A DNA stretch of 64,000 nucleotides, from positions 96,472,001 through 96,536,000 of the forward strand of contig OZ024743.1 of NCBI GenBank assembly GCA_964016885.1, in the 5' to 3' direction. Source of the stretch: Eledone cirrhosa (lineage: Eukaryota). Of the stretch, positions 1 to 12,270 are shown piece after piece (position 1 is the first letter of the stretch; each line of letters opens with the position of its first letter). A program made the position numbers and the translations under genes. The notes beneath the pieces were generated by a model. It ran no database searches, was not told the DNA's origin, and saw only the letters and a list, made by a program, of their open reading frames with translations.

Positions 1-747
1 AGTGAGGAAACCTCCATGTGGTGATTTGGCCTGTTAAAAATAGCAGCCAATCTGGTCTTATATAACACTATCACACCCTACCATCTCAAAAAGGAAGGAG
101 TTATTGGATAATGTAGTCCTCAATATGTAAAAGGAGAGGATGGTTCCAGCTCTACTGCCTTTGGTGATGGATAAGTTTACTCAAACAGATCAGCCACTAT
201 TACCATATTTCTGATAAAAGACAGCTTATAATTTTGTAAATAATTTTGATACTATATTTGTGTGTGTGTATATTCCTATAGCACAGACTTTTGGAAGTAT
301 GATGAAAACTCTGACATGATTGATATCAGCACATGTTTTGCTCAGAGAAATATGACTGCTGTCTACTTAAAATTAAATTTTGAGTCAGTTGGTCAATTAC
401 ATCTCTCTCATAATACATCATATTATTGCTTATGTTTCAGCAATGTTATTCTAATTGCCAACAGAGTCAATGTTTCGTGGCTTTAAAAGTCAATAGCATT
501 AATACTGTTCAGTGTGTTCTGATTGAATTAACAGTTATTTGTTATCAGCTGAAAGTCTGTTTAAGTTGTGTTAAACTGATCAATTTCTCATTTCTGATTA
601 TAGTGCAAAGACTTTGAACTATAGGCTTTATTAAAAGTATAGGCTACTTTGGATCAATAGGTTACATTAAATTATAGGCTACATTCAAACTAGATTAAAA
701 CAATCTCCAGTTGCTGACCCTTTCACCTAACTTCTAATTAAAGGTAA

Positions 748-898
748 AGCAGTGAATTGGCAGAATCATTAGTGTGTTGTATAGAATGTCTTGCTGTATT
801 TGGTCCAGCTCTTTTCACTCAGTTGAAATCCCACCATGGTCAACTTTGTTTTTCCTCAATTTGTGGTTAATAAATAAAGTACCAGTTCAGTTCTTGGG
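748..898 (+). mobile_element. Decayed tRNA-derived SINE, family B
   Basis: Degenerate match to the copy at 19598-19790 (TTGGCAGAATC head, GGTCAACTTTG...AATAAAGTACCAG). Confidence 0.5.
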
Positions 899-1371
899 CC
901 ACCCACCCCTCTCTCTCTCTCCATAATTCAATGGTCTAGCCTTATCTCTATGAGCTTCGATGATTTTGCCTGAGAATTGCGACAAAGGCAGTTGGAATTC
1001 AGTTGATCGAACAATTGAAGGTTCATTGTCATAACTGACAAAGAATCCCTCACCAGTTAAAGATATACATGCATACATACAGGCAACACAGGACATCAAT
1101 AGTGCTTCTAAGTTATTATTTGACCTGCTAGAAATATCAGCCAAACCTCCTTCAATTCAAAACCTATTATCTCTATATATAACAAAGGATACATTAAGCA
1201 GTGTAATCTCTGATATATAAAAGATGGAATGGTCAAGAATGGAAAACCTGTAATCATTACTGGTCAAGTTTGATAATGACTGACCAGGGACTAAGCAATT
1301 TCATCAGCAAAACAATTGCACCCATACATGTCTTCTTTTTTAATTCACACGTTTTGTGGATTAGAAGGAAG

Positions 1372-1938
1372 ATCATCATCATCATCATCACCGTTTTACA
1401 TCCATTCTTCCACGCTAGCATGGGTTAGACGGGTTGTCCTGTGATGGACAGTGTCCAGTGGCTGACCTTGTCTTGCTCATACGGGAACTGATTCTGGCTT
1501 GATTTCTACAGCTGGATGCCCTTCCTAACACCAACCTCATTTACAGTGAGTGCTGGGTGTTTTTTACCCATGGCATCTACACGTTCACTTTACAGTGTGG
1601 GCTGGGTGCTTTTTTGCCGTGGCACCTCCACGACCACTTTGCAGTGGGAGGGTGTGGGAGCATATTGTCTATATGCTTCAGCTTGTTCCCGTGGGCAGTC
1701 GGGTCTTCTGTATTACTGCATGACACCAGGTCTTCTTGGGTCTCCCCACTCCGCGGCTTCCATCGACTTTTAGTGCTCTGCACCTTTTTATGTAGCTGTC
1801 ATCCTTCATATGCATCACATGTCCATACCAACGCAACCTCCTCTCCTGCACACAGCATTTGATTCCTCTTATGCTCAGTCCCTCTCTCAATTCGTTTATG
1901 CTTTGCTGTTCATGTATATTACTATTACACATCCATCT
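1372..1938 (-). mobile_element. 5'-truncated RTE LINE (family A): RT C-terminus, 3'UTR and (GAT)n tail
   Basis: ORF 1678-1932 (RRLRWYGHVM...GRPKKTW) matches the C-terminus of the RTE at 34226-35005; (ATC)n at 1372. Confidence 0.85.
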
Positions 1939-2125
1939 GTCTTAAGATGTCTTAAGAAATATATAATTAATTACACTGATACCACATGACTCCTGGAAAT
2001 AGCTGAACCAGCAATATATGTCCTCAAAAGACAACTGGTCAAAGATCTCCACAGTTTGGTGTGCTCATATGACTTCTATAGAGTTTTGCATTTAGTACCC
2101 TTCCCTGAACAATATTCATTCTGCA

Positions 2126-2350
2126 ACCTTTTCATTACCATATCTCTAATTAAATACACTGCCTATGATTTTGAATTAATTTTGAACATAATCAAGAACT
2201 TTCTCACTACTAAGCTGGGGTTTAGAACTGAACATGGGTTTTACATAAAATTATGACAAAAGGTTTTTAGTTAGATATAAACATTTTAAAGTGAATAGTT
2301 TTGTATCATAAAACCAGGGATAGTTTCAAGCAGTTTAGTACTAATAGATA
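2126..2350 (+). mobile_element. piggyBac-like MITE family 2, decayed
   Basis: Shares CCTTTTCATTACCATAT...ACTAAGCTGG...GTATCATAAAACCAGG with about 8 other copies in the window. Confidence 0.5.
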
Positions 2351-2519
2351 TAATCTGTGACAGTTTGTTATACCTGGATAGCACTTGACTTCACTATTAA
2401 TTCAAGTTAAGTATGCCACCACTATTTAACAATACTTGTTTGAAAGGTTGAGCATAGTCTAGTTAGTTAAAACTTAGTTCTTACTTTTTTTAATAGCTTA
2501 GGGAGAGGAATGGAATGGA

Positions 2520-2775
2520 CTGCTGTTGGCTTCGCTGATGAGTTTTCCAGTTGTTTGATCAACAAAATAATTTGCTCATGAAATAAAGGTGCATATAGCT
2601 GTGTATTTGAGAGGTGTGAGTACCCTTATTGTAATTCTTTGGGAGATTCAGTATGACATGTTCTGCGACAGGGCTTGACTTTTGAATTACATGTACAGTC
2701 CATCTGACGGGCTTCCAAACGATTTTCATTTACCCAGTTTCACTCACAAAGCTTGGGTTAATTGAAGATTATGAT
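2520..2775 (-). mobile_element. Decayed SINE fragments
   Basis: Similar to 21240-21490 (GGGAGATTCAG...TTGAATTACATGTAC) and to 12110-12270. Confidence 0.45.
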
Positions 2776-3279
2776 AATTGATATCAGCACATGTTTTGCT
2801 CAGAGAAATATGACTGCAAATATAGTTTTAATCATGTTTTAAAATGTTTATTTCTTACAAGATCTATTAGAAGCTTAACCTCAAAGAAAATGAAATACAA
2901 GATTAATTTATCTAAATCAGGAGTGTTTTATAAAAAAAAACAATTGTAAATTAATATTTGCAGCAAGATTTCAATATTGGTGTCTATTTTTATTCATATT
3001 ATATAGATTATGTATATCTTCTATTTTATGATGAAATATCTCTTAACTGAGTAGAAGAATTCTTTAAGTTATGTTTATTTGGATTTTTTTGATAGCTATA
3101 TATACAATTGTTCCAACAATATTTTAACGTGTATTTCTGGATTAATTGTTTTCTTTAGATAGATGTTCTTACTAACCACACACGTGTGAAGAGGACAACT
3201 CCCTAGAAAACTCCTACAGTGGTTTCTGGTTTAAGCACAAGGCAACACTTTTTGAGGTGGAGAAAGTCAATAATTTTGA

Positions 3280-3410
3280 CCCCAGTGCATTACTGATACT
3301 TTATTTTGACCCTGTAAGGATGAAAGGCAAAGCTGACCATGGTGAAATTTGAACTCAGAATGTAAAGGGACGTAACTATATGTCCCAAAGCATAGAATGC
3401 CATTCCACTC
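3280..3410 (-). mobile_element. SINE family B
   Basis: CCCAGTGCATTACTGATAC...GGATGAAAGGCAAAG...TTTGAACTCAGA, as in 50557-50739. Confidence 0.65.
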
Positions 3411-3878
3411 CATTTGAAATAACATTAACCTTTTTGTTATATTTCTAATAAATAAAAAGCTTATAATTTCCAATAAAGTAACAATATTGGAGGGATTTTG
3501 TGATATAATTCATCTTCTCATTCTTAATTTGGTGTTTGAAACAAATGTTCTTAAAAAAGATTACGACAGAAGATTTTCAGATACAAATAAACAGCTTTGT
3601 ATCAGAATTGTAGGTGGTTTGGTATACATAAGATTAAAAAACAACACCAAATACATGCACACAAAATTGGCAGCAATATTACCTCCATTAACTTCAACAT
3701 TGTCGATACCAACTTGCCCTAACCTGTCTCTCATCTTAAAGGGATTCTTTTTTAAATAAAATCTTAACACATATTTTGACACAAGAACTTTTATGTTACA
3801 AACATCACCTTAATGATGAAATAATTATTTCAGTAAATCTCTAAAAATTTATCATATATATATATATTAGTAGTAGTA

Positions 3879-4062
3879 GGGTAGTGGATTGGCAGTATCA
3901 GTAAAGCATCAGACAACATGCGTTGCAGCTTAGAGTTATGGCCCTTTACGATCTGAGTAATGGTTAACTGGGGCCAATAAAATAAAGTACCTCTGGGGGT
4001 CGATTTAATCGATTCCCCCCTCCCCTAAAATTGTTGGCCTTGTGCCTAAATTAGAAACGATT
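3879..4062 (+). mobile_element. SINE family B
   Basis: GTGGATTGGCAGTATC head and GGCCTTGTGCCTAAATTAGAAAC tail, as in 19598-19790. Confidence 0.65.
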
Positions 4063-5687
4063 GTCATTATTTGGTTAAATTTATATTTTCTTTCAGTGTC
4101 TATTGATACAATTCCACATGTCCATACACATTGTTCTAGAAATATTGTCTTTTCTGATTCACAAGCACATTTTCATAAATAGAACTTTATAGTAATTTTA
4201 GATGGAAAATATTGACTGAATGTTGTTTCTTATTTAATCTGTTTGTTACTCACCTCCCATTTATTTCAGGAAGAAATGCAGTTGTCCATTTGTTAAAGTG
4301 CATTTTAGCTAAAATAAAAACAAACAAATAGCATACTAAAGTAATAACGATAATCATAAAAATTAAAAGAAAAATCATTTCCAATGAAGCAAAAGGTAGT
4401 TTGTTTTAATTTTATTTTATTCATTTATTTTTTTTTTTGTTATTAACCATTCAAGAACGTTTGTGTAGAAATTCAAATTGTTTTATTTTTAAAATTATTT
4501 TTTAAAAGTATCAGTTGTTTTCTATTGTATACAAAGCTCTATATTTACTGTATATAGGCAGGCATTCTGTTTATAGAATATGTCGAATCAATTTCACTGT
4601 ATAATTCACTGGTATGTAAAGTGTGACATATTTTACCCCTCTGCTACCTTGGGAAAAAAAACAAAAAAAAAACAGGCAAATTTTCTTTACAATTTTTTTA
4701 ATTTCTTCTTTGTTAAGTTTATTGATTTCTTCTGTCAAAATACTATTCAATATTCCTGTTAAACTGGTGCCAGACTTGAAAAATGAAGTTAGAAGAATAG
4801 ATTAGAATCAGTTAGAATGCCAGTTTACAATGACTTCTTTATAAACTTTTAATTTCTGAATTAACCTCTTTACATCTTAGTTTGAAACTTGCCTATCTAG
4901 GGTATTCAAATTGTTTGAAGCAGATTAATATTATAGAAAATACAAGCTGCGGATTATTATTGTAGAAAATACATAATATGACGACTGCAGCCTGATGGTG
5001 TCTGTCATCCCCATAGGCTGTAGGTCAGTGGTTGTTTTATTGAGAGGGTTGGGACATAGTTTAGGAATACATGCGTGATTCAAATTTTCCTTTTGTGGTA
5101 TGTGACTAGTTAGTGTGGCTGAGTGTAGGTCTCTGGGTTATATTTGCTGGAGTCGGTAGATAGCTTTGGTTTGTTCTACATGTATTTTCATTCAGGTTAA
5201 GGCAATTGGCAGTCATAGTTATATATATATAAATAAATATATATTTATTAAAATAACAGATTAAAGTTTAAGCAAAGAATCGCTGCTTTCACCCTTAACG
5301 GGATCTTCTGAAACTAAAAAAATCAATCTGTGAACACAGAAGTAAATATTTCAACCGAAGGAAAACAATCTGTTATTTTAATAAATATTTGCTCTAGGGT
5401 TCTTATATATTTGATATACATTTATCCTTATCGAGCCCTCTTTGGATTTTTGTCTTCACATTTATTGTTATTACTATATATATATATATATATCGTTTCT
5501 GAATTTGTTTAGCAAGATTCTTTATCTGAAAACGTGTGTTGAAACCGATATTGTTATACTTTGGGAGGGTCATGTTGCCAATAAGAAACACACGCACCAG
5601 TTGCTTTCACTTCAATTTATTATAAAATAAATTTATAAATTTCCGGTTGGTTGGTTGGTTCCACAACCAGACGATTGTTCATATATT

Positions 5688-5730
5688 GTCAAAGTTCTTT
5701 CGTCACACATTCTGTGACCTCTTCAGTGAC
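5688..5730 (-). ncRNA. Minimal type-I hammerhead-like motif in PLE pLTR
   Basis: Minus strand GTCA-CTGAAGA-G-GTCACA gaatg TGTGAC-GAAA-GAAC-TT-TGAC. Confidence 0.6.
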
Positions 5731-5917
5731 TGGGGATTATTTTCTTTGTTTTTGTACCTCGCCTTTGTTCTGTCCTACGCCATCTTGTTTTTGTGTGTGT
5801 TGTGTGCTTAGTTTGCGCATGTGTTACATCCGGGTGTCTGTGTGTGTTTATATTTGTTTATTTACATGTTACTGATTGGTTGTTTGTTCTATGTGTGTGT
5901 GTGTTTTCATTTTGTCC

Positions 5918-6436
5918 TTAATTGTAAGTTGTGATGTTGCTATTCCATTCATGCTTTCTATTTAATTTTGGTTGGAGTTCATTTATGTTTATTGCCTCTG
6001 TGATTTGTCTAAACATTGCATCTTTTCTGTGTGTAGATTCTATTTTTATTTCTATGTTCTTTAATTTACCCTTATGTTCCATTTTAGCATGTTGGTAGAG
6101 TACAGATGATTCTTTACTATCTTGAAGCTCTCGCCAGTGTTCATTTATCCGTTCTCCTATACTACGAGCTGTCTCACCTATGTATACTATATTCTTATCT
6201 CTACATTGTCCTTCAGTACATCTTATGCTATATACTACATTTCTAGTTTTACAGTTAATATGGGGGCTTAGTGTACAGATTATACATTTCTTATCTATAC
6301 AGGGAGGTTTTTGAAAAGGGTATGTATTGCTAATAAGTGTTTTTATGGAGGTACCTGGTCTTTCTACTATCTTAATATTGAGTTTATGTTTATCTTGGGC
6401 CCTTCTGAATTTGTAAGCTAATTCACCTCTAGGTGA
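5918..6436 (-). pseudogene. PLE zinc-linker and GIY-YIG endonuclease frame (172 codons, no start; absent from the ORF track)
   Basis: Manual translation: SPRGELAYKF...KIVERPG...PCIDKKCIIC...NCKTRNVVYSIRC...VYIGETARSIGERINEH...HAKMEH...DAMFRQITEAI...LNRKHEW, TAA at 5918-5920. Confidence 0.85.
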
Positions 6437-6565
6437 ATATATATATATATATATGTGTGTGCATATATATATATATTATTCAAGCAAAGAAAGTTGGTTT
6501 ATAAAATAATCCACGGACTTTAGTCATAAACAGATATAAAGCACTCTACAAATTGTGTTCTTTAA

Positions 6566-6777
6566 CCCTTTAGCATTTAAACTGGCCATATCTGGCCAGA
6601 ATTCTCTCACCTCATTCTGTTCAAACCGGCTGTAACTGGCTGCTCATACTGATGTTAAGGTATTATTGTCAAAATAAATATCAAAATGTTATAGATTCGA
6701 TTTTATGTGGGATAATTATGTGAGATAAAGCCTTTTCTGTGAAAATACAACAGTAAATACAGAGTAATGCTAAAGGG
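6566..6777 (+). mobile_element. piggyBac-like MITE family 1
   Basis: TIRs CCCTTTAGCATT / AATGCTAAAGGG with TTAA on both sides (6562-6565, 6778-6781). Confidence 0.85.
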
Positions 6778-6876
6778 TTAAAATGTTATCAATAAGGTAT
6801 CAACCAGTGTCAATATTATAAAGAAGGATGGTTTTAAATATACATTCAAAACTGTCTCTCTTCAATATAGTAAATG

Positions 6877-7209
6877 CATACATGGCTTAGAGGTTAGAGC
6901 ATTGGCCTTGCAATCGAAAGGTTGTGAGTTCAATTCTCAGACCGGGTGATATGTTGTTTCCTTGAGCAAGACACTTTATTTCACATTGCTCCAGTTTACT
7001 CAGCTGTAGAAATGAGATGATAGGGACTGGGCTCCATATCATTCAACTGCAAAGTGGACGTGGAGGTGCCACGGCAAAAAAGCAGCCAGCACTCACTGTA
7101 AATGAGGTTGGTGTTAGGAAGGGCATCCAGCTGGAGAAATCAAGCCAAAATCAGTTCCCGTCCCACCCTTGCAAGCAGGGAAAAGTGGATGTAAAATGAT
7201 GATGATGAT
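6877..7209 (+). mobile_element. tRNA/CORE SINE family A with RTE-type tail
   Basis: A box TGGCTTAGAGG, B box GAGTTCAATTC, CORE-like CCTTGAGCAAGACACTTTA, tail ...GTAAAAT(GAT)n. Confidence 0.85.
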
Positions 7210-7629
7210 ATATATATATAGTTGTGGGTTCAAATAAATACAAAAACAAATCTACTCCCAATGTGGATGTTGAGAATATTTATGTTAACAGTTTGACTTT
7301 TCCATACATTACAAATGGTTATAAAGACGTGTCCTTCTATATCTTCAGATTTGCTCTGAATACAAAGGATGGAGATGTAGTTGTAATGTCTGTTATAAAG
7401 TGTCTCCTTTGGTTGGTCATGGATTGATGTTTAGCGAATGGTCAGCAACATCAGTTTTTTTTTATTCAGTGTCGGGGTCCTGAATCTTTTCATATTACCC
7501 ACTCTGGTGGGTAGAAAGTGAACAACACAATATATAACACACATAAGTATTCTTCAGCTGTCCAAATTATGGTGAATGACTTGACTGATAAAATGACAAG
7601 TCAGTCAATCATATTGATGGCCTCCCCAC

Positions 7630-7950
7630 AGCCCCAGCAGACAGAATAGGGAAGGCGTTTCCCTAGAGGACGGCAAGGGAAATGCACTGGAAAAGCTACT
7701 TCAACTTGCGGGGCTCACACCTATGGCTGGGCAGCTCCGCGCCTATGGTGGTGAGTAGGAAGGTAGCCCTAGGGCCAAGGACACCAGAAGTCCCCACTGC
7801 CAAGGGTACAACCACAAAGCGCGACCAATATTTGAAGAGTTTGGCCTCCTCAGCCTGACATGCAGCAGAACCTGGGTTAGTCGCAGACTGCACCAGGTTG
7901 CAGCTGCAGAAAGTGTCGGTGCAAGTGGCATCCCAGATGAGGGTTTTTTC
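7630..7950 (-). mobile_element. CRE-clade non-LTR retrotransposon 3' fragment (restriction-like endonuclease C-terminus)
   Basis: Translates to KTLIWDATCTDT...GSAACQAEEAKLFKY...PLAVGTSGVLGP...LFQCISLAVL*GNA, the W-D-x-T-C, AE-x2-K-x2-KY and QRGNA pattern of CRE elements. Confidence 0.75.
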
Positions 7951-7984
7951 TATTATGTAGTTCCATCTTCTTTTAACTTCTTGC

Positions 7985-9560
7985 TAGAAGATCATGTGTC
8001 AACCTATTGCATGTGTACATTAAATAAAGATGAATCCTTATACTTTACACTGTTTTAAAGCTTATAATTTGTCTAATCTGTATCTTATATTTTTCCTTTA
8101 AGTCAAATAGCTTTGAAGTCTATTATCTGTGTTATATCATCTCCTTGAATCTGTTGTATCACTTATAAGAAGTATTTAAATTGAATCTATCTCTTGATTA
8201 ATTATTAATATTTTGTTGCTATTTTTAAACCAGTCAAAGATATTTTAAGCATTTTTCTTATTCAATTGGTATTCAAAATCTCTTCAGTAAAATAATTTTT
8301 TGTGATTGTCATCTCGCCTTCTCTTATCTTTTATGAGATTTTATTCTCACAGGTTTCTTTTTTCTGAAGAAAAAAAAAACAACTTTTTCTATTACTTCTA
8401 CGATTCTCTGATTCAAACAAAATTTAATCATTAGACTTTAAATTACCAACTGTATGTATCTTAATAGGCTAGAGAGTGCTTTATTCTGATTCCATAAATG
8501 ACAGTATTTTTTGTTGATGTCACTATGGTGTATTTTGTTTTACCTACATATAAAAGGTTATTTTAATACATATACATTCCAACCTTTGAATCATCAGTCA
8601 GGATATATTGCAGTATTTTTTCTGGTTCTTTGTATTTTTAGTTCATATTCAATGATCCTTTGCCAAGCACAGTTCTCCATTTATAAAAAATATATATATA
8701 ATAATGTGACAATTTGACAACTTGCATATCTCTGGATACCACATCACTGCACACAATATTTATAGCAAGTAGTCTTTGTATGAATTGAGATGTCGTTTTG
8801 TAACAGCCCTTCATGCTGAAATTCGAAAGAGATAAATGCTGAGTTTTCTTTTCTTATCTCTGAACAGCATGTATGCTCTTGCAAATTGTTTAAGATAAAT
8901 ATGTGTAACAAGCATGGCATAAATTGAATTGTTTCCAATTTTCGTGAGACTTTAGTGAATTCCTAAAACTTGAGATATTTCTCTAGAAATTTCCATTAAT
9001 CTAATTAAATATTTAATTATTTTCACACCAATTTCCTTCAATAGGTTATGTTTTTATCTACTTTTGTTTGCCATCAAATGAAAGGTTCAAACTAAGATGC
9101 TATATCTGAAGCTTTAGAAAACATTTGCATTAAAATTTTTGCTTCTGATAATTTGCTTTAATATGTTTTTTTTTTTGTTTTTATTTTTGGTTTCCTAATA
9201 AAATAATCCCTTTATTATGTTTAGATAATTCTTTATGAATTTTGTTTGGCTTTATTTTCTATTTGTTTTCCAGTATCTTGTCATAGGATTTTCTGTGATA
9301 TAAACTGTAACAAAGACGATTTAGTTAAATATCTACAGTTATCATGGACATATAAACATTGGCTGTTTCTCTATGTGATTTTGAATAGCTTGTCACCAAG
9401 GAAACTTCCAAGCATATCTGCTGAACTCAGTAAAGCATTAGTTCATGTTATCTGTATATTTTTTTTGCAACAGTTAGCTACATTGCACTGTTATTTGAGC
9501 TGTAAATTTTGTGTCAGATATTGCTTTTCTCTTTGGCAGAATTTTGCTATTTCCTCTTAC
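7985..9560 (-). mobile_element. Highly decayed DNA transposase relic (CxxH-type, hAT-like)
   Basis: Scattered minus-strand motifs LSFDGK (about 9070-9090) and IQFMPCLLH (ORF 8744-8938) in the expected order, with many stops. Confidence 0.3.
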
Positions 9561-10161
9561 CTATAATAACTTGGGTTTGAGGGAAGGTTTAGATTAATGA
9601 AATTATGTTAGGTGTATAAGAGAAACACACATTTTTCTATTAAAGAAGCTGGCTATTACAAGTGACGAATCAGTGGCTTCAATCACACTTGATTTTGTTT
9701 CATATATCCTTTATATCTGCATTTGCAGAGAGTTTAAAACTGCTGAATTAATAGTTAGTTTTATGTAATGACAGGGCTGAATAACTTGCATAGGAGGAAG
9801 TATAATTCTAAATGTGAAACATTTGGGGGTTAGCTAAGCTTTTAATCTCTCTCTAAAAAAAATATTTGCAAAGTAGAAAGGTTGTGATAATTGACAAATT
9901 AGTAGAGTAATTCCATACAAATGAAACAGTTCTAGTCCTGTAGAAGTCATTTCTATATAAAATAAAGAGATACGAGATATGGTAACACAACTTTTAATCA
10001 AACAACTTTTCTTTGAAATAACTATTTATCGAATTACTTTTCATAGAGTAATTTTGTAAATATATTTTTTATAGAATATTTTAACTATAGAAAAATTCTA
10101 AATATACAATTTTTAATATAGAATAATAACCATTGATTCTGAAATGACTGCATTTAACACA

Positions 10162-10259
10162 TTTTCAAATAACTTTTCTATAATAAATATTTTAGGTTAT
10201 GTTTTCAAATAACTTTTCAAATAACTTTTCTATAATAAATATTTTAGGTTATGTTTTCA
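10162..10259. repeat. Local tandem duplication of about 45 bp
   Basis: TTTCAAATAACTTTTCTATAATAAATATTTTAGGTTATGTTTTCA occurs twice. Confidence 0.8.
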
Positions 10260-11008
10260 TTTTAAACATGTATTTTACATTTGTTCTCACAACCAATACT
10301 TATTTGCTCTAAACTTGTTGATGTTCTATCTCTCTTCAATAGTTTTGATTTTCATGCATATTTATGCATTTCCACAAGCATTTGTCTGTTATCCTTTCAA
10401 AGTCAATAAATATGGTTCCAGTCTAATACTGGGATTGATTATTCCACTTTTTATCACACACATACAATCTCTCTTTCTGGAAGTAATTGACAATCTTCAA
10501 ACCTGGAGAGGAATGGGCTCCATGAGGTTTAAAGTGCCCAAGGCATGGTGTGTGCCAGTATAGCATCTCCATGACTCCATTGGGAATTAAAACCCCTTTC
10601 TTTTCCCATGACTGCTGACAAAAAAAAAAATGATATACAAAATAATGCATTTGAAGAATTATTCTATGAATAGTAATTTTGGTAAAGATTCATTTTGATA
10701 AACACTAACAAGTCTCCTCAACTCTGTATTTTTTTCTTCTTTCCCACTGCTACTCCATTAAAGTTCTTGGTGTTTTCCCACCTCTTTTCTTGACTCCTCC
10801 TTATTTTATCCAAGGGTTGCCTCAGACAAGTAATATTTTATTTTGTTCATGAGTGATTCTGGAATGCATCTGGATCTTCATGACAAATTTGGTAAAGATT
10901 TATTGAAGAAATGTCAACATTTCTTCAAGACAAACAGATAAACTTTCATGCTTATCATACAGATAATGAAATGTGAAACAAAAACAAGAGCTAAACAGCT
11001 TGTTTTTA

Positions 11009-11312
11009 TTTAATCCTTTCATTATCATATTTTTTAATGAAAGACACTGCCTATGTCATTAATCCTTTCATTACCATACTTCTAATGAAAAACACTGCCT
11101 TTGATTTTCAAATCATTTGAAAAATAATAAAGATTTTGAGTATTTAGTTAAATAACTCTCTCGTTATTAATCTGATGTTTGGAACATAACTTAGCAAAGG
11201 TTCTTACATAAAATTATAAAGGAAGGATTTTAGATAAATATAAACATTTAAAAACAAACAGTTGTGTATCATAAAACCAGCAACAGTTTTAGGTAATTCA
11301 GCATTGGCTTAA
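11009..11312 (+). mobile_element. piggyBac-like MITE family 2 with duplicated left end
   Basis: TTAATCCTTTCATTAYCATA at both 11009 and 11059; family body follows. Confidence 0.55.
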
Positions 11313-12109
11313 GTATTAATTTAATTTTAAACTAGTTAAAGCTACTACAACTGTAATTGATGTAACTGTTGATATTATTATGACAATGTGTTATAATCAT
11401 TAATAAAATAGATTATAGTCTGTAGAATCTAATTCTATTGAGAAACTAAATTATATTAAATAACAACTGGAACAGATTATAATATGACATTCGTTAGACA
11501 CTAAATTTCTACATGTTGCTTATAAAACCACGAAACCTGCATCATTCTGATTCTATATAAGGTATCATTGAATTATAAAATCTGTAATTTATAGCATCTA
11601 CTTTGTAGCATTGAAAGTATTAGTTGTTGTGTAATCATGAACAAAGTTACTTTAAATACTACACCTCTTGTTTTAACTAACAGTATTGTCAAAAACATAA
11701 ACACACATACATATATGCTGACAATGAAAGCCATACCAGCATAAAATGGAAATAGACATAACATGATGATATATGTCATCAACATCATCGCTTTTACGTC
11801 CACCATTTTATGCCAGCATGGGTTTAGATAGAATGATTTGTTTTACAGATGAATGACCTGAGCACCAACAATTTTAGTCACCTCTTACAACATGCACAAT
11901 TACACTATACCTATTATAAAAACCACCATACACATACTATTATATATATATATATATATATATATAGTGAATTTCACAGTTTCCATAAGACATTTGTTGA
12001 AGATGCCACACAATTGGATTGCACCTAACACTATGTTGCTGCAAAGAAGCCTTCTTGACCACACAGCCATATCCATGCTTTAATATAATTAAATGATTAA
12101 GACAATTTA

Positions 12110-12270
12110 TCTGACAGGCTTCCACACAATTTCCTTCTATCCAACTTCACTCACAAGGCTTTGATAAGCCTGAAGCTATGGTAAAATCCCTTTTCTAAGA
12201 TGCCATACATTGAAATCGAACCTGTGATCTCATGGTTGTGAAGTGAATTTCTTAACCACTCAGCCATACC
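12110..12270 (-). mobile_element. tRNA/CORE-like SINE family C
   Basis: CACTCACAAGGCTTTG...GAACCTG...CTTAACCACTCAGCCA (reverse tRNA head); relatives at 22625-22780 and 24570-24735. Confidence 0.55.

Larger units (their letters stand above)
5490..6438 (-). mobile_element. 5'-truncated Penelope-like element (Nematis-like): GIY-YIG domain plus 3' pLTR
   Basis: GIY-YIG frame followed by a non-coding terminus carrying a hammerhead; both ends abut (TA)n; terminus repeated at 42826-43127. Confidence 0.85.

Noticed and set aside
262-1144. Possible host exons (ORFs 262-486 and 887-1144; AG-preceded segments at 3160, 4270, 7349)
   Set aside because: No recognisable domain or consistent donor/acceptor chain; cannot be supported without RNA-seq
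4960-5216. Minus-strand AYGDD-like RT relic
   Set aside because: Only one short motif; too degenerate to assign
6421-6438. Palindrome ATTCACCT-CT-AGGTGAAT at the PLE truncation point
   Set aside because: Lies within the coding frame (SPRGEL) and is short; likely incidental
7270-7355. Minus-strand CTGAAGA...GAAA next to a TA tract
   Set aside because: No palindromic stem III or matching stem I; possible PLE end but unsupported
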